Positions 47,806 through 60,465 of a DNA stretch of 64,000 nt are shown here, one piece after another. A model generated the notes under the pieces. It was not told where the DNA came from. It searched no databases and worked only from the letters and a program-made list of their open reading frames with translations. Made by a program: the position numbers and the translations under genes. Where the stretch lies: NCBI RefSeq assembly GCF_009914755.1, contig NC_060926.1; one strand, given 5' to 3'. Position 1 is the first letter of the stretch, and each line of letters opens with the position of its first letter. This DNA is from the human T2T-CHM13v2.0 reference genome, Homo sapiens.

Positions 47806-47989
47806 GATATCTGGAAAGCATCCAATTGAATTAATATAGTGCTGAAGGAAAGCCTGGATGCACTTTTTGCTGTTGTCTGGTGTCTTCAGTCAAATCAGAT
47901 ATCTGGAAAGCATCCAATTGAATTAATATAGTGCTGAAGGAAAGCCTGGATGCACTTTTTGCTGTTGTCTGGTGTCTTCAGTCAAATCA
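47806..47989. repeat. Perfect 92-bp tandem duplication (2 copies)
   Basis: 47806-47897 is identical to 47898-47989. Confidence 0.97.
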
Positions 47990-48620
47990 TCATGCTTTTT
48001 ATTAACAAACAACTTCTTTAAAAATGTATACTATTTCTGATTACTGTTTCAGAGTTAAAGGGGAACAGTACAGCTTGAGGTTGCACATCAGGGTAGGGTA
48101 GTTATGACATTCTTTATTATGTTATTTTATTTTAAACTAAGTTAACACATTGGTGCGTGTCCTGAAACTGACAACTTTGTCACTTTTTAAAAAGCATTAA
48201 TTAGAAACCAATATTACTAACATGAAAGATTGATTTGGGCATGTACAGTGATTTTTAATGTTGGGTTGAGATTAAAGTATTGTTTCCCTTTAACGGGTAC
48301 GCATTCCTTTCGGTCTTTCTGGTATGGCTTCCAGTTTTGATTGAAGCAACTGAACTCCTAAAACCTTACTAAGTGTTACATTCTTTACATTGTACATGAG
48401 AAAATGTACATTGAATTAAATTGTTATTTTAGAAATGTCCTTAGTAATGAAAAGCTAATACTGTACACATTGTTTTAATGTTGATTTTTAAAATGTGTAA
48501 TGATTACTAATTATAACCTGCATGTTCAAGTGTGTGTCTTACCCCTTTTTACACATAACCCCTCCTCCCTTGGCTTACCTTCTGTGTGGCTGCCTACCAA
48601 CACGGTCACTGAATTTCAAG

Positions 48621-48704
48621 CTAGTGGAGGTTCCACTCTTCTGAACCTTGATTTCTTTGGGCCCGTGGATGACAGTAGCTCTAGCAGCAGCACCACAATC
48701 CCAG
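48621..48704 (+). CDS. AFTPH: AFTPH exon 8, 84-nt cassette (ASGGSTLLNLDFFGPVDDSSSSSSTTIPG) with clathrin box L825LNLD
   Basis: tttcaAG| at 48620; donor CAG|gtcagc at 48704/48705; phase 1-1 and 28 codons, so skippable in frame; core of ORF 48500..48754. Confidence 0.88.
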
Positions 48705-51700
48705 GTCAGCAGAGTGTTAAAACCACAATTCCAGTTTATTTACTAAAAGCATGACCACATCACTTGACTTTCCTATAAACAAGGAAACAAGTAGATTGTA
48801 TTCTCTATAATGTCTTTTTAATACTTTTCTTTCATCTGTTGTTATTTTCTAGTATCTGATTACAAAAAAATGACTTATGTATTTCAAGGAAAACTTTCTA
48901 ATATTCAAAGCTGAAAGTAGTTTCTAGGAATAAAACATCCCTAATGTCCTTAGACAGTTAAAGGCAGGGCTGTTGGTTTTTTTTTCCTCTAAGTGGAAAA
49001 TGTGATATTTTATATGCTTATTTTTAAAAGCATATTCTATAAAGCCATTTGAAAAAAATACAAGTTTAGAGATAGATAGAATATTTTAGTATACAAAGAT
49101 GACTTTACATTGTAGTGCCTGTAATAATATAACCTTTACAAATTCCAGCATTCAATTAGTTGTTTATTAGTGCTGCTAAATATATAATTGGGTTCCAAAA
49201 TGTTGGAGTCTAGCACTAAGTATATAGTCCCACATAGAACTATTTCTGTTTTTATGTAGCTCTTAAATAGAAAGTATACTGTTAGTTTTCCATGGGAAAA
49301 AAAATGTTACAAAAGTTAATAGTAGAAAATAATTGCTATGAGATACTAAAAGCTAGAGATTAAAACTTACTGGAGTACCTGTTAATGTTCAGCCCTGCAA
49401 AAGTTCAGTTCATTGACCAAAGGACTAATGTACTTTGTCACTTTCTAACTGAATAAAAGATTAAAATTATAATGGCATTTTTATGTTTACATTTTATTCA
49501 ATATTAATAACTGTCATCCCAACAGGTGATCTGGTAATCATGTCCATTGATCACCAGACAGCTGTTGGGGTGCCGTAGAGATGCCCATGCCCAGAATGCA
49601 TAGTGAGAGTCCCTTTCTGTCCCCACTAGTGGCCAGATTCACAACTAGCCTGGTTCCTGAGAATTCACTGGTTTTGTGCTATTCCACTAGATAGTGCTAC
49701 CACCCACTTCCAACAGTTGAGCAGCCATGATGGGCTGTGGATGGGGGAGACTAACAGTCAGCTCAGAGTGAACCTGGGACCTAGGATGCCCTTCTTGAGA
49801 TCTGGTTATGCAAATCTGATTCTGCTGCAGGGAAGTTCCAAGGTCATTTGGTATAGAATGACTGGATTCCTCAAATCCAAGCCCCTGGTTATTCTTACTG
49901 TTTTCAAGATTTTGCAAGCATATAAAAAACCAATCTGTCTGGTTTTGACTTCAAAATGATATTGTACTATTTACTTAAATTACTTCTAAATTTACATTTG
50001 ATCTGTGCAGTGACCTGGGTGAGCTAATTGTCTGACATTTTAGAATACTTACGGGGGGGTAGGAGGGACAACCAAAAACATGTATATCTTTTTGTTACTG
50101 TATTCCCAAGAATTATTAAGCTCCCATTTTAAATTTGCTCTCAGCTTTGTTTTGTCATAAACTGTATTATAATTTGAATGAGGTCACTGTTTTTCTTTTG
50201 GATCCCTAAAAACCTGGTTTAAATTTAATTTTTGGTTACATTTCAAACTCATTTAAAAACCATTCATAGGAGCACAAATAACGTGGCTATATAAAGAAGT
50301 ACAGAAATGACCTGATAATCAGGCTCAGTGTACACAGCTGCGAGAAGAGCAAGCGGTTTCAGAAGCTTAGAGCTGTAATGGAAGTGAAATCAGCATGGTC
50401 AAATGCAGTTCTCATTACTTTGGAGCCTTTTAAATATTTTTGTTCAATATTTTCATTAATATGCTCTAGATGCTATATAAATTTGATTACTATATATTTG
50501 CTTTGGCTTCTTTTTATTGCTATTGGGTTTTGTTAAAAGTTACCATCAAGCTACAGGTATCAACACCTTCCTTAGTATTCCATTTCATCACTTGCTTGCA
50601 TTTTTTCTGACTTGTTTCTGGGAAAGTCATTTCGTCTTAGCTTGCGGTTATTTAATTATTTTGTGTGTGAGACTTAGGAGGTTGGCATAGAACTTGGTTG
50701 GCTAGCTTTAGTTATGTAACTAAACCATGCCTCATTAAGGCTCTGTTAAAAAAAAAAAAAAGACCTTCCATTAAAAAAATTACTCTCCAATTATTAAATA
50801 GTTGTCTTGTTTTTGAAAAATCTAATCATAGTTTTGGGGGGGGTTTTGGTGTGGTGGTAGTTATTTGGGGGTGTGATTTTGTTGTCTTTTTTTTTAATCT
50901 GCCTCTTTACTGTTTGACAGTCAAGTGGCCAGTATTTTATAAACCCAACTAAGTTTTTACTAGCACTTACCTATTGCCAGTCAGAATGCAGTTATTTATT
51001 CTGCCTTATACACTAGACAGCAACTTAAATTTTGTGGTTGCTGGAATCTAGCCTTTAGAGAGGGAGGTACTTTGGGCTCATGTAGTCCCTTTACAGACAT
51101 ATACAATTTTTTACATTTTAATTGCAACCCATATTCTTATTACAGGAACACAAAGGAAAGTCCTTTTAAAGTATATTTTGAAACCGTACCTTAATGAAAT
51201 ACTGAGAACTTGGGAGAGTCAATATACATTTTCTATAGCCTTCCTCCCTTGTTAGACTTCGTAACTGTGGAAGTCGCTTTTGCTTGTCTGATTTCTGTAA
51301 ACATCTGAGATCTGTGTTTACTTCTGTAAAGTTGGTTAATAGAAGTCAGTTTCTGATTTTTTAATTTTTTAATATGTTAAGTATCTTAAAAGGAAAAAAA
51401 CTTGTTAATCTAAATATATGCATTTATATATGTTATTTATATATAACTTGATCTGCTGATCTTACAGGGCATTTTTTTAAAGAAATAATAAGTAAAAATT
51501 TCAGAAGCTCTAAGACATTCTTCCTTAGAATTTTGCTTTGCTGTTAACGCCCGGCAACTCATGAACTTTTTTTCTCAAGTTATTTGCTGGTACCAGGAGA
51601 GTGTAGGATTAAAAATTTTTTTTTTTACTCTGAATATTATTCAAAGTGTAACTTAAGTTTAAAATATTTAAACTGTTCTTTTTAATGTTATTGTTGTCAT

Positions 51701-52024
51701 CATTGCTATAAATCTGTATTACATGAGAAATACACAAAGTTATATGTATTTTAATGCAGTCAGATGGGGGAGATTTTTTAAATCAATTTTTGCAATAAAT
51801 CTAACCCTCTGAGCTTCCTTTTGAATTACTCTAACAAGATATTTGAACTAATGACTACCAGATTCAGACATGAGACTACAGAAATTAACCCTGTAGACAA
51901 GAATTTTCATTTTGTTCAAAAGTAGTACTTTTACTCACCTTTTCTGAAAATCTTTTACCCTCCCCACCTCTAACCTGAAGAAAGAGCTATGTGGTATATG
52001 TTTATGATTAGTCCTTAGTCATGA

Positions 52025-52327
<303 letters not shown>

Positions 52328-52852
52328 GTCATGATATATTTAAACTAACCAGATCATTTACCATGTTTGAGACTTTGTGGTAGCTTCTAAATCTTTTTCT
52401 GTGGAAGAAAATAGAGAAAAAATAAGGAGGTGAGGAAACAGGAAAATTTTTAAAATGAGATTAGTTAATTGAAAAATGGGGTGTCACATCATGTGCATTC
52501 TATTTATAAAACATTGATAATTTTATATCACATCCTAATCCAAATTGGGGGAGTTTTCTATAGCAGATAGAAATTTTAGAAGTATTTGGGTAGCATCTGC
52601 TGCATAAATGCTAGCTTAAGGATATATTCGTTCCAAAATGGAATTTGAAAAGTCTTTTCCTGTTTTATAAAAACTCCAAAAAGTGGAGTTTATACTGTAA
52701 AAAATAAATGCAGTATTGCAGTGTTCTAAAGATATGTTCTGTTTGTAAAACACTCAGATGTTTACAGAATATTGCCTTTTGCATCTTGGATTGTGGCTAA
52801 CTGGGTAACCCATTGCAGCCTGCCATCACTGACTATCATTTTATACTATAAG

Positions 52853-52976
52853 GTGTGGATCCGGAGTTGTATGAGTTAACAACTTCTAAGCTGGAAATCT
52901 CCACCTCAAGCCTCAAAGTGACTGATGCATTTGCAAGACTCATGTCTACAGTAGAGAAGACAAGCACATCTACCAG
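52853..52976 (+). CDS. AFTPH: AFTPH exon 9 (124 nt; VDPELYELTTSKLEISTSSLKVTDAFARLMSTVEKTSTST)
   Basis: Branch-like cactgac then ttttatactataAG| at 52852; donor CAG|gtaaat at 52976/52977; ends phase 2. Confidence 0.93.
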
Positions 52977-55384
52977 GTAAATAAATAGTGTCAATTATAC
53001 CCACATTTTGAATTCTGAGATAAAACGACCCAAAGGAAAAAGCATGTCAGTTGACAGCATTTCAATATATTATATCACAACTTGCTTTATAAAAGTCAGT
53101 CGATGCCCAAGTCCAGAAAATATTATCAAATTATGTTTAATTATGAACTTTATTAGAACAGGATTATTTCATAAGAGATTGGCCAAGGCTGACAGATGTG
53201 GTTTTCTTCCCCCACCCCCTGCCCCCCCACCTCACTTTGTAGAGACTAATTCTGATTAAGTATTGTGATCATAAAGCCATTATAGAAACACTCTCCCTTT
53301 CTCTTCATAATTACTGAGAAGATCATCTTTGAGAACCCAGTTTTGTAATCCTGGAGTCACCTAGGCTGATCTTTTTACTTGCAGGCTAAGATGGTTCTTG
53401 GAATTTTCATTGACATGCACCTCTGATTTGGGAGGTAAAGCCTTACTTTACCAGGCTTTCTAGAAGCCCCTTCAGAGGCATGGCCTATTGAAGAGCAATT
53501 ACCATCTCCCTGTGTTGGAACTAAAGGCACGGAATGTCACTCGGGCCATGTGTTTGCGATTCAGAGAATCTTTAGTTTCATATGATTAGGCTAGTACAAT
53601 CCATTGCTTTGAGTTATTGTTAACCATAAGACTAAGCCAGTTTCTAACAGGAAGATACTATTCTGAACCAGGAAATCACTAGTGCAAAAGCAAATACTGG
53701 TTGATTGACACGCCAGCTCTGCTGTCTCAAATCTGTGATGCATCAGCATTTTAAAGTGGAACTATTTACCTATTAGTTGCCTACTTTAAAAGAAGTGTTA
53801 TAGCTCTTTCTCCTGAATAAATACATCCCAATCACATGTTAAATTCAGGTTTATATTTTAAATAGATTCTTCTATAGAAAGACATCCATTTAAAAAAGCC
53901 TTTTTTATTGTGAATAATAAATGTTTCTCTCTCTTAACTTTAGCTTGAATTATCATATTGTCTTTTAAACTTTGTGTGCTTTTATTCCCCCAGATTTTTC
54001 TTATTGCCTTTAATATTTATAATTATGAAATACATTATTATACATTAGACTACCCTTAACTTTTCCCTAGAATGGCTTTGTAGCATGTAAATCCTTGTTT
54101 GTCTGCCAGTTCTCTCCATTGTTCTCATAGCCCCATGTCTTTGCAGTATGCCACCTGGCATTGCCAAAGCCTCCTCTTCAATGAACCTACTTGTAAATGT
54201 GGCTATGTGGCTTTTTTTAAATTTTTTTCTTTCCAAATAAATCACTTCTTCAAATCGAAACTCCTCTCATAGAAAAAAATGGATGAGAAATTTGTATATG
54301 TTAACTAAAAGCTAACACACATTTGACTTAAAAACCAAAAAGGATGCTTTTATTGTTTGGGTTTCCCCCTGCTATTTTTAGGACAACCCTTTCTGGGACA
54401 GTTCTACTCTTTCCTTCCTTTGTTTCCCCTGCAGTCTCACTGACCAAAGAACTATAGAAGTTTTGAAAATCCCAATGATGAGAATTCATTTCGTGCCATT
54501 AGGAGGAGCTCTAAACCACCTTAACTTGTTCTCCTAATTCGTTAACTCATCCTTGAAACATGCTGAATCTAGAGAACTCTTCCAAGCCCTATCACTTTAA
54601 GAAGCTATTTTCATTTTTTCTCTTGTTCTATACTAATAGGGAATGAACTAATAATGTATCCTGGAGTTAATGTCTGCTAATTCTGTATTGAGTTACTCGC
54701 TAGGACCTGTCCAGCATCATATTTAAAACAAAATAAATTGGAGAGAACAGGTTGCCAACTTTGTATTTTCTGTTTTGAGAAATGTCATTTGAAAATGGTA
54801 AAAAAATACAAATGCCCGCAAGTCTTAAAATACTGTAAAATGTCCCAACGAGTGATTCTCAATCGTACAGAGCAGAGACAGGCTGGTAGCATAATTTCAG
54901 AAAGCATTTTTAGTATCTTATTTTTAGGTTTTCTTTCATTTTTCTCTTGAATAAAGTAAACTGCAAAAAATAAAGCTCAGCAAAATCTTCTTGGCTATTG
55001 CCAATAAGCAGAAGATAAAGTGAAAAGGCATTTTGATAGACTATAGGGTAAGAAGGAGTTAAACAGTGGTCAAGGTAGAAGAAATTTGACATGGACCAAA
55101 CAATATCCAGTACTCTTTACTAAGTGCCTTTGAGTGTCTCAGGGAATTTATATGTGCTCTTCTCTTTTGGAACACAAGTTGTGAAAGTGACTTCTCACTT
55201 TGAGTTTTTTAAAGAAGTGCAAGTTCTTAGTTTTAAAATAGTTCCATCTTCTTGCCTAACTTTCCTAATATGGAGGAAAATTACTTCCTATTCTAAATCA
55301 CTACTAATTAGTGACAGCTAGTTAGTAGCCATAGACCTGTAACTGAAGTTTATGCAGGTCAAAGAAATTTTATTCTTTTTTAGG

Positions 55385-56830
55385 CCTTTTTATTGAGATA
55401 AAAATTTATAATTCATTCAGGTGTTCAATTCACTGGTTTTTAGTATATTCACAAGGTTGTGCAACCATCATCACTATCTAATTCCAAAACATTTTTATCA
55501 CCCCAAAAAGAAACCCTGTACCCATTAGCAGTCACTCCTTATCCCTCTCGTTCCCCAGGCCCTGGCAACTACTAATCTGCTTTCTGTCTCTACAGATTTG
55601 TCTTTTCTGGTTATTTCATATAGATGGAATTCTATAGTCTGCAGCCTTTTGTGTCTCGGTTTTGCTTAGCATTCTGTTCTCAAGTTCATTCATGTTGTAG
55701 TATGTATCCGTATTTGTTTTTTGGCTGCATAATATTTCATTGGAAATAGCACATTTTGCTTTTCCATTAATCAGTTGATAATTGGGTTGTTTTCACTTTT
55801 TGACTATTATGAGTAGTGTTGCTGCTGTGAACACTTGTGTATACGTTTTTGTGTGGACAGATGTTTCCAACTCTGTTAGGAGTGGAATTTCTGGGTCTTA
55901 TAGGAACTCTAACTTCTTTGGGGAACTGCCAAACTTTTCCAAAGTGATGGCACCATTTTACATTCCCACCAGTAATATACATTCCAAGTTCTCCACATTC
56001 TTACCAACACTTGTTATTGGTCTTTTTGGTTATAGCCATCCCAGTGGGTTTGAAGTGATATCTCATTGACATTTTTGTTTGCATTTCCCTGATAGCTAAT
56101 CATGTTGAGCATCTTTTCATGTGTTTATCGACTATTTGTATATCTTCTGTGGAGAAATATCTGTTCAGATCCTTTGCCTTTTTTGTTTTTGTTTTAGTAG
56201 AGACAAGGTCTCAGTATGTTGCCCCAGGCCGGTCTTGAACTCTTGAGCTCAAGCGATCTCCCTCCTCAGCCTCCCAAAGTATTGAGATTACAGGCATGAG
56301 CCACTGTGCCCAGCCATTTGCCTATATTTTAATTGGATAATTTGTCTTTTTATTGTTAGGTTGTAAGATTTTTAAGTATATTCTGGATACTAAGCCTTTA
56401 TCAGAGAAATGATTTGAAGATATCTTTTCCAATTCTGCAGGTTGTCTTTTCATTATCTTGATAGTATTCTTTGACACACAAAAGCTTTTAATTTTGATAA
56501 GATCTAATTTTTCTTGTGATTTAGGTATCATATCTAAGAAATCATTGCCCAATTCATGGTCACAAAGATTTATACCTAGATTTTCTCCTAAGAGTTTTAT
56601 AATTTCAACTCTTACATTTAGGTCTTTAATCCATTTTGAATTAATTTCTGTATATGGTATGAGGTAGGAGTCCACATTCATTCTTGTGCAGGTGGATATC
56701 CAGTTGTCTGAAAACTGTTGAAATGATTTCCCCCACTGAAAGGTTTTGGCACATTTGTCAAAAACAAAAATTAAAAAACAATTGATCATGTTTTTTTCCT
56801 GGACTCTCAATTATATTCTCAATTATATTC
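55385..56830 (-). mobile_element. L1M (MA/MB-like) ORF2 3' end and 3'UTR with a nested Alu monomer (about 56180-56315)
   Basis: ORF 56322..56810 YLIPYTEINSKWIKDLNVR...LDLIKIKSFC is L1 ORF2p. Confidence 0.88.
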
Positions 56831-57199
56831 CATTGATAAAAAGGATAAATCTTCACTAGAGAGGAATAGATCAAAATTAGGTCACTGCCTTTGAGAAATG
56901 ATCATGATATAACTTTTTATTTTCAAATTCTCCTTAAGTGTTTGCTTCTTCCCATATTCTAAGAAGACTAGCTCACACCCATGCACAATGACCACAGATA
57001 AATGCACAAACTATGAACTGTGTAAACTTTTTATTTTAAAATATAATTTCATATTGCCTCTGAAATAAGGCAATTGTTTAAAACCCTAGAATAATCTTTA
57101 CCAACTGTTTCTTAGGTAAAAACTTATTTTTTGCTGTCTGTTCCTACACCCAAACTGCACTCCACAAATGGGAAAGTCCATTTAGGTGCGCATTTATTC

Positions 57200-58000
57200 A
57201 CTGTTGTTTTAAATAACCATTTATCATTATAGAAGTAGTAAAGTATATTTTTAGAAAGTTAGGAAATCCGGACCAAAAAAAATTAAAAATGAAAGTATCA
57301 CATTCTTACCATTCAGGATCACTATAATTCCTTAGTGTAATTCTTTCAGATCTTTTCCTATGCAAATACATATATGGGGGGGGGGGGGTTTCCACCAAAA
57401 ATGAGATTTTAGAGGTCATAGTGAATTGACCTCTAAAATTGACCTAGTCTTAGTCAGTGATCTCTGTCCATTTCAGTGAGTTTTCATTTCATCTACTTAG
57501 GCTATATTCAGATTTCTCCAACTATCCTTTCTCAGCTTTGTACAAACCAGTATTCAATTGAAGACTATTGTACCTGGCTGTTGGGGCTCTTAAGTCCCTT
57601 TTAACCTAGCATATCTCCTCATTCCTTCTGTTTTCTTATTAACAGTAGCTTATATAAAGATTAGTATAGGTGTCCTACAGAATGTCCTAAAAGCTCTGGA
57701 TTTGTCTGTTTGCTTCCTTCAAGTAATATTTGCTGTGTTCTCTATCTCCCTATTTTCCTGTAAATTGGAAATTATATCTAAAGGCTTGCTGAATTCAGGG
57801 TAAATATTTTGGCTAGAATGCATCCTAGGTGTTATATCACATCAGAAGATCCATACATCTGGTTGACTCCATTGTTAGTGGTGCTGAGATTGACGATTGG
57901 TGAGAAACTGACCTTTTCCATTATACAGTTCCAGGTTTTCACTTGTCATGTATCTGGTTTTACTTTGGAATGATGCAGATATCCAGTTCCCCATCAAACG
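57200..58000 (-). mobile_element. Highly diverged L1M 3' fragment
   Basis: ttcctgtaaattggaaattatatctaaaggcttgctgaattcagg is typical of L1MC/ME 3' ends. Confidence 0.5.
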
Positions 58001-59315
58001 TCCACATAATAGTTTTGCCACTATTTAAGTGCAATTAAAAATGTAGATTTTCATCAGAAAAAAATGTTGGATTGCTATTCCATTCTTCTAAGAACCTAGT
58101 ACTGAATGCAGTATTTGGTTCATCTGCTATATGCCTGATGCTTTTTCCCTTTTGAAAAACTTTAGTCCTAAAAGTCGTTGGATTTTTCATTCATTCTATA
58201 AAATCTTTTTATTTCAGTCTGGATTCAAAGTGGTAACAGAAAAGTCCTAGGAATAAAAAAGCCTGTAGCTATCCTTCCTTTCTTGCTTTACCTCCTGGCT
58301 TCCTGCACCCCATCCAAGGAAAAAGGAAACATTTAGGTCAAAGAAATACCTTGTGTCACATCTAAGAATACCAGCTATCCTTTACCATAAAAGAGAATTA
58401 TTAGGCTTTTTATAATGAACAACTTGAAATGATTTTTGGTCTAAAGCGAATAATATGTATAACTACTCCTTTAATATATTTAATATCCCAGAAAAAGTTT
58501 GAATTGCAATCATGTGCCCAATTTGAGGCTCATTTGGCATTTTCTGTGGCTCACCTGCTGAGTAGACCTGGGTCACCAGGCATTTTCTTGTCTGTGTTAG
58601 GCACCAAACTGCTAATTTCCCATATCGGGGGCCAGTGCAGCAAAATCTACTTCATCTACAGGACCCATAGGATTTGAGATTTCCCTCACCCAGAGTTCCG
58701 TCCTGCCTGTGTACGTGCATAATAACACCAGCAACCAGCCCTAGTGCTGCTGCTTTTGGACCTGCTGTCTGTATCCCAACAGGCTGAGACTGGGTCTTCT
58801 GAGCTGAGAGCTTTCTCTCCTGGAATTCCCCACTGGGGATAAAGAGAGCCTGAGGTTAAAATGACTTAGTCTTTCCCTGGGCACACTTTGTTTCAGGCTG
58901 AGGTAGTTTTAGCGGGTGGAGGGGCAGGGAAAAACCCAGTTAGGTGGAGTGTTACTAAGGCTTCAGATTTATATTTCTGTTTAGTAACATTTTAAAATTA
59001 TGCCTGGGTAGATGCTTCTAGCCTAATGTAAAGGCTAGAAAGTACACGAGCTGTCTAGGTGTGCATGTGAGTATCTGTGTGTGCATGCCTAGCTTTAATG
59101 AACATAAATAGGCCGCACGTCACTCTTCATGAGATTTGGCATTTGGCACAGGAAGCATACTGCACAAAAGTATTACAAGATTCAGGAACTAGCAGAGGAA
59201 AAAATACTCAAGTCCCCACAGATTGCTAACTGTCTACCTTGAGAGTGGATTGTCTCCCATTTTACCTACAGCAAAGTCACATTAACACACTTGTCTTTTT
59301 TTCATTTGTCAGTAG

Positions 59316-59463
59316 GAAACCGAAAAGAGAAGAGCACCTAAGTGAAGAAGCTATCAAGGTGATCGCTGGCCTTCCTGACTTAACATTCATGCATGCCAAG
59401 GTGTTGATGTTCCCAGCCACGTTAACACCTTCCACAAGCTCTCAAGAAAAAGCAGACGGATAA
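59316..59463 (+). CDS. AFTPH: AFTPH last exon coding part (RKPKREEHLSEEAIKVIAGLPDLTFMHAKVLMFPATLTPSTSSQEKADG*); alternative start at 59313
   Basis: tcttttttt catttgtCAGTAG|GAAA tandem acceptor; TAA at 59461-59463; tail of ORF 59239..59463. Confidence 0.94.
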
Positions 59464-60440
59464 CTGATGTGAATTGGACAGTTTCTATTGCTTTTCCTTT
59501 TTTCCATCCCTTCCCTACCATCAAAAGCATACCTGCTCTAATTAAAAAAAAAAAAAAAAAAAATTCAAGTTCAGCTGATTTGTTGGTAAGCCGCACTAGA
59601 AAGGTATACATAGTAATGTATATTTATTTACATACTGAAGTCCTAAATTTATATTAGAAAAATGTAAATAATCGGGGGTAAACATTTTTGAAGATTTATT
59701 CTTTTTGTGTTGCTGGGGTGTATACATTTATGTCTTTGTGAAATACACTGGTGGTGTCCTTCTTACAAAACTTTTGAAATAAAAAAAAAACTCAAATCTT
59801 CACTGTCTGTGAAATCCCCTTCAGTCTTTTCAGATTGCATTGACTGTCCTCTTGATTTTTCATATTACATGTCAAATTACTTTTGCTATCATAAATAAGC
59901 TCCAAAGTCCCCCATTTAATTTTTTTTTAATTTTGTGTATGATGGGTTTCAGATCTGGCTTTTGTTAACATTTTGGGGCTTTTTTAATCTTTTCAATCTG
60001 GCGTATTGCTGTTTGACCTTTTGCAAGGTACTTAATTGCTCTTTTGTTATAGGGTATGGATCATTGTCAGAACTTGATTGGAGGGGTTTAAAGAGATTGT
60101 GTCTGTTTAAAATCAGTATGATTCAGAGAAGGACCAAATTATATGAATGTCTTACAATGGAATTTACTTGTTACTGATTTTTTTGTTCTATTGTACCACT
60201 ATTTTTTGAGGATTTTGCACAGTGTAAAATGACATAATCATAGATTGCTATGGTTTAGGCTGTATATACAGTGAAAACTATGGGTTTTAAATGTTTGGGG
60301 AAATTCCTATGGAAAAAAGAGAGACATGTAGAAGAACCTCTAACAAGGTTAATGTGCATGCCCAAGGTCTTTTGAAATTTCAGTGTGTAAATTTCCTTTT
60401 AGCTTATACAAAAATAAAATAATTTAAAAGAAATTTAGCC
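59464..60440 (+). other. AFTPH: AFTPH 3'UTR (AU-rich, free of interspersed repeats)
   Basis: Runs from the stop codon to the AATAAA/GU-rich site; contains ATTTATTTA (59622-59630), TGTAAATA (59663-59670) and TGTATATA (60261-60268). End position inferred. Confidence 0.8.
60131..60138 (+). promoter_or_regulatory. miR-133 8mer seed site in the 3'UTR
   Basis: GGACCAAA is complementary to seed UUGGUCC plus A1. Confidence 0.65.
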
Positions 60441-60465
60441 TGGTGTCTTTGTACTTTGGTATGTG
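60413..60465 (+). terminator. Polyadenylation signal with downstream GU/U-rich element
   Basis: AATAAA at 60413-60418, upstream TGTA, downstream tggtgtctttgtactttggtatgtg from 60441. Confidence 0.75.

Noticed and set aside
47806-47989. Direct repeat as a CRISPR-like array
   Set aside because: Two adjacent copies with no spacer, in a eukaryotic intron.
49684-50390. CTCF-like ccactagatagtgc and ETS-IRF-like GGAAGTGAAA (50380)
   Set aside because: Single short motifs; the CTCF core is mismatched; expected by chance in 64 kb.
56322-56810. 162-aa minus-strand ORF
   Set aside because: Decayed L1 ORF2 C-terminal fragment with no real start or promoter.
59221-59315. Upstream acceptor ctacAG (59271) giving an alternative C-terminus
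   Set aside because: Out of frame and would drop the conserved LPDLTFM tail; the canonical tract is stronger.
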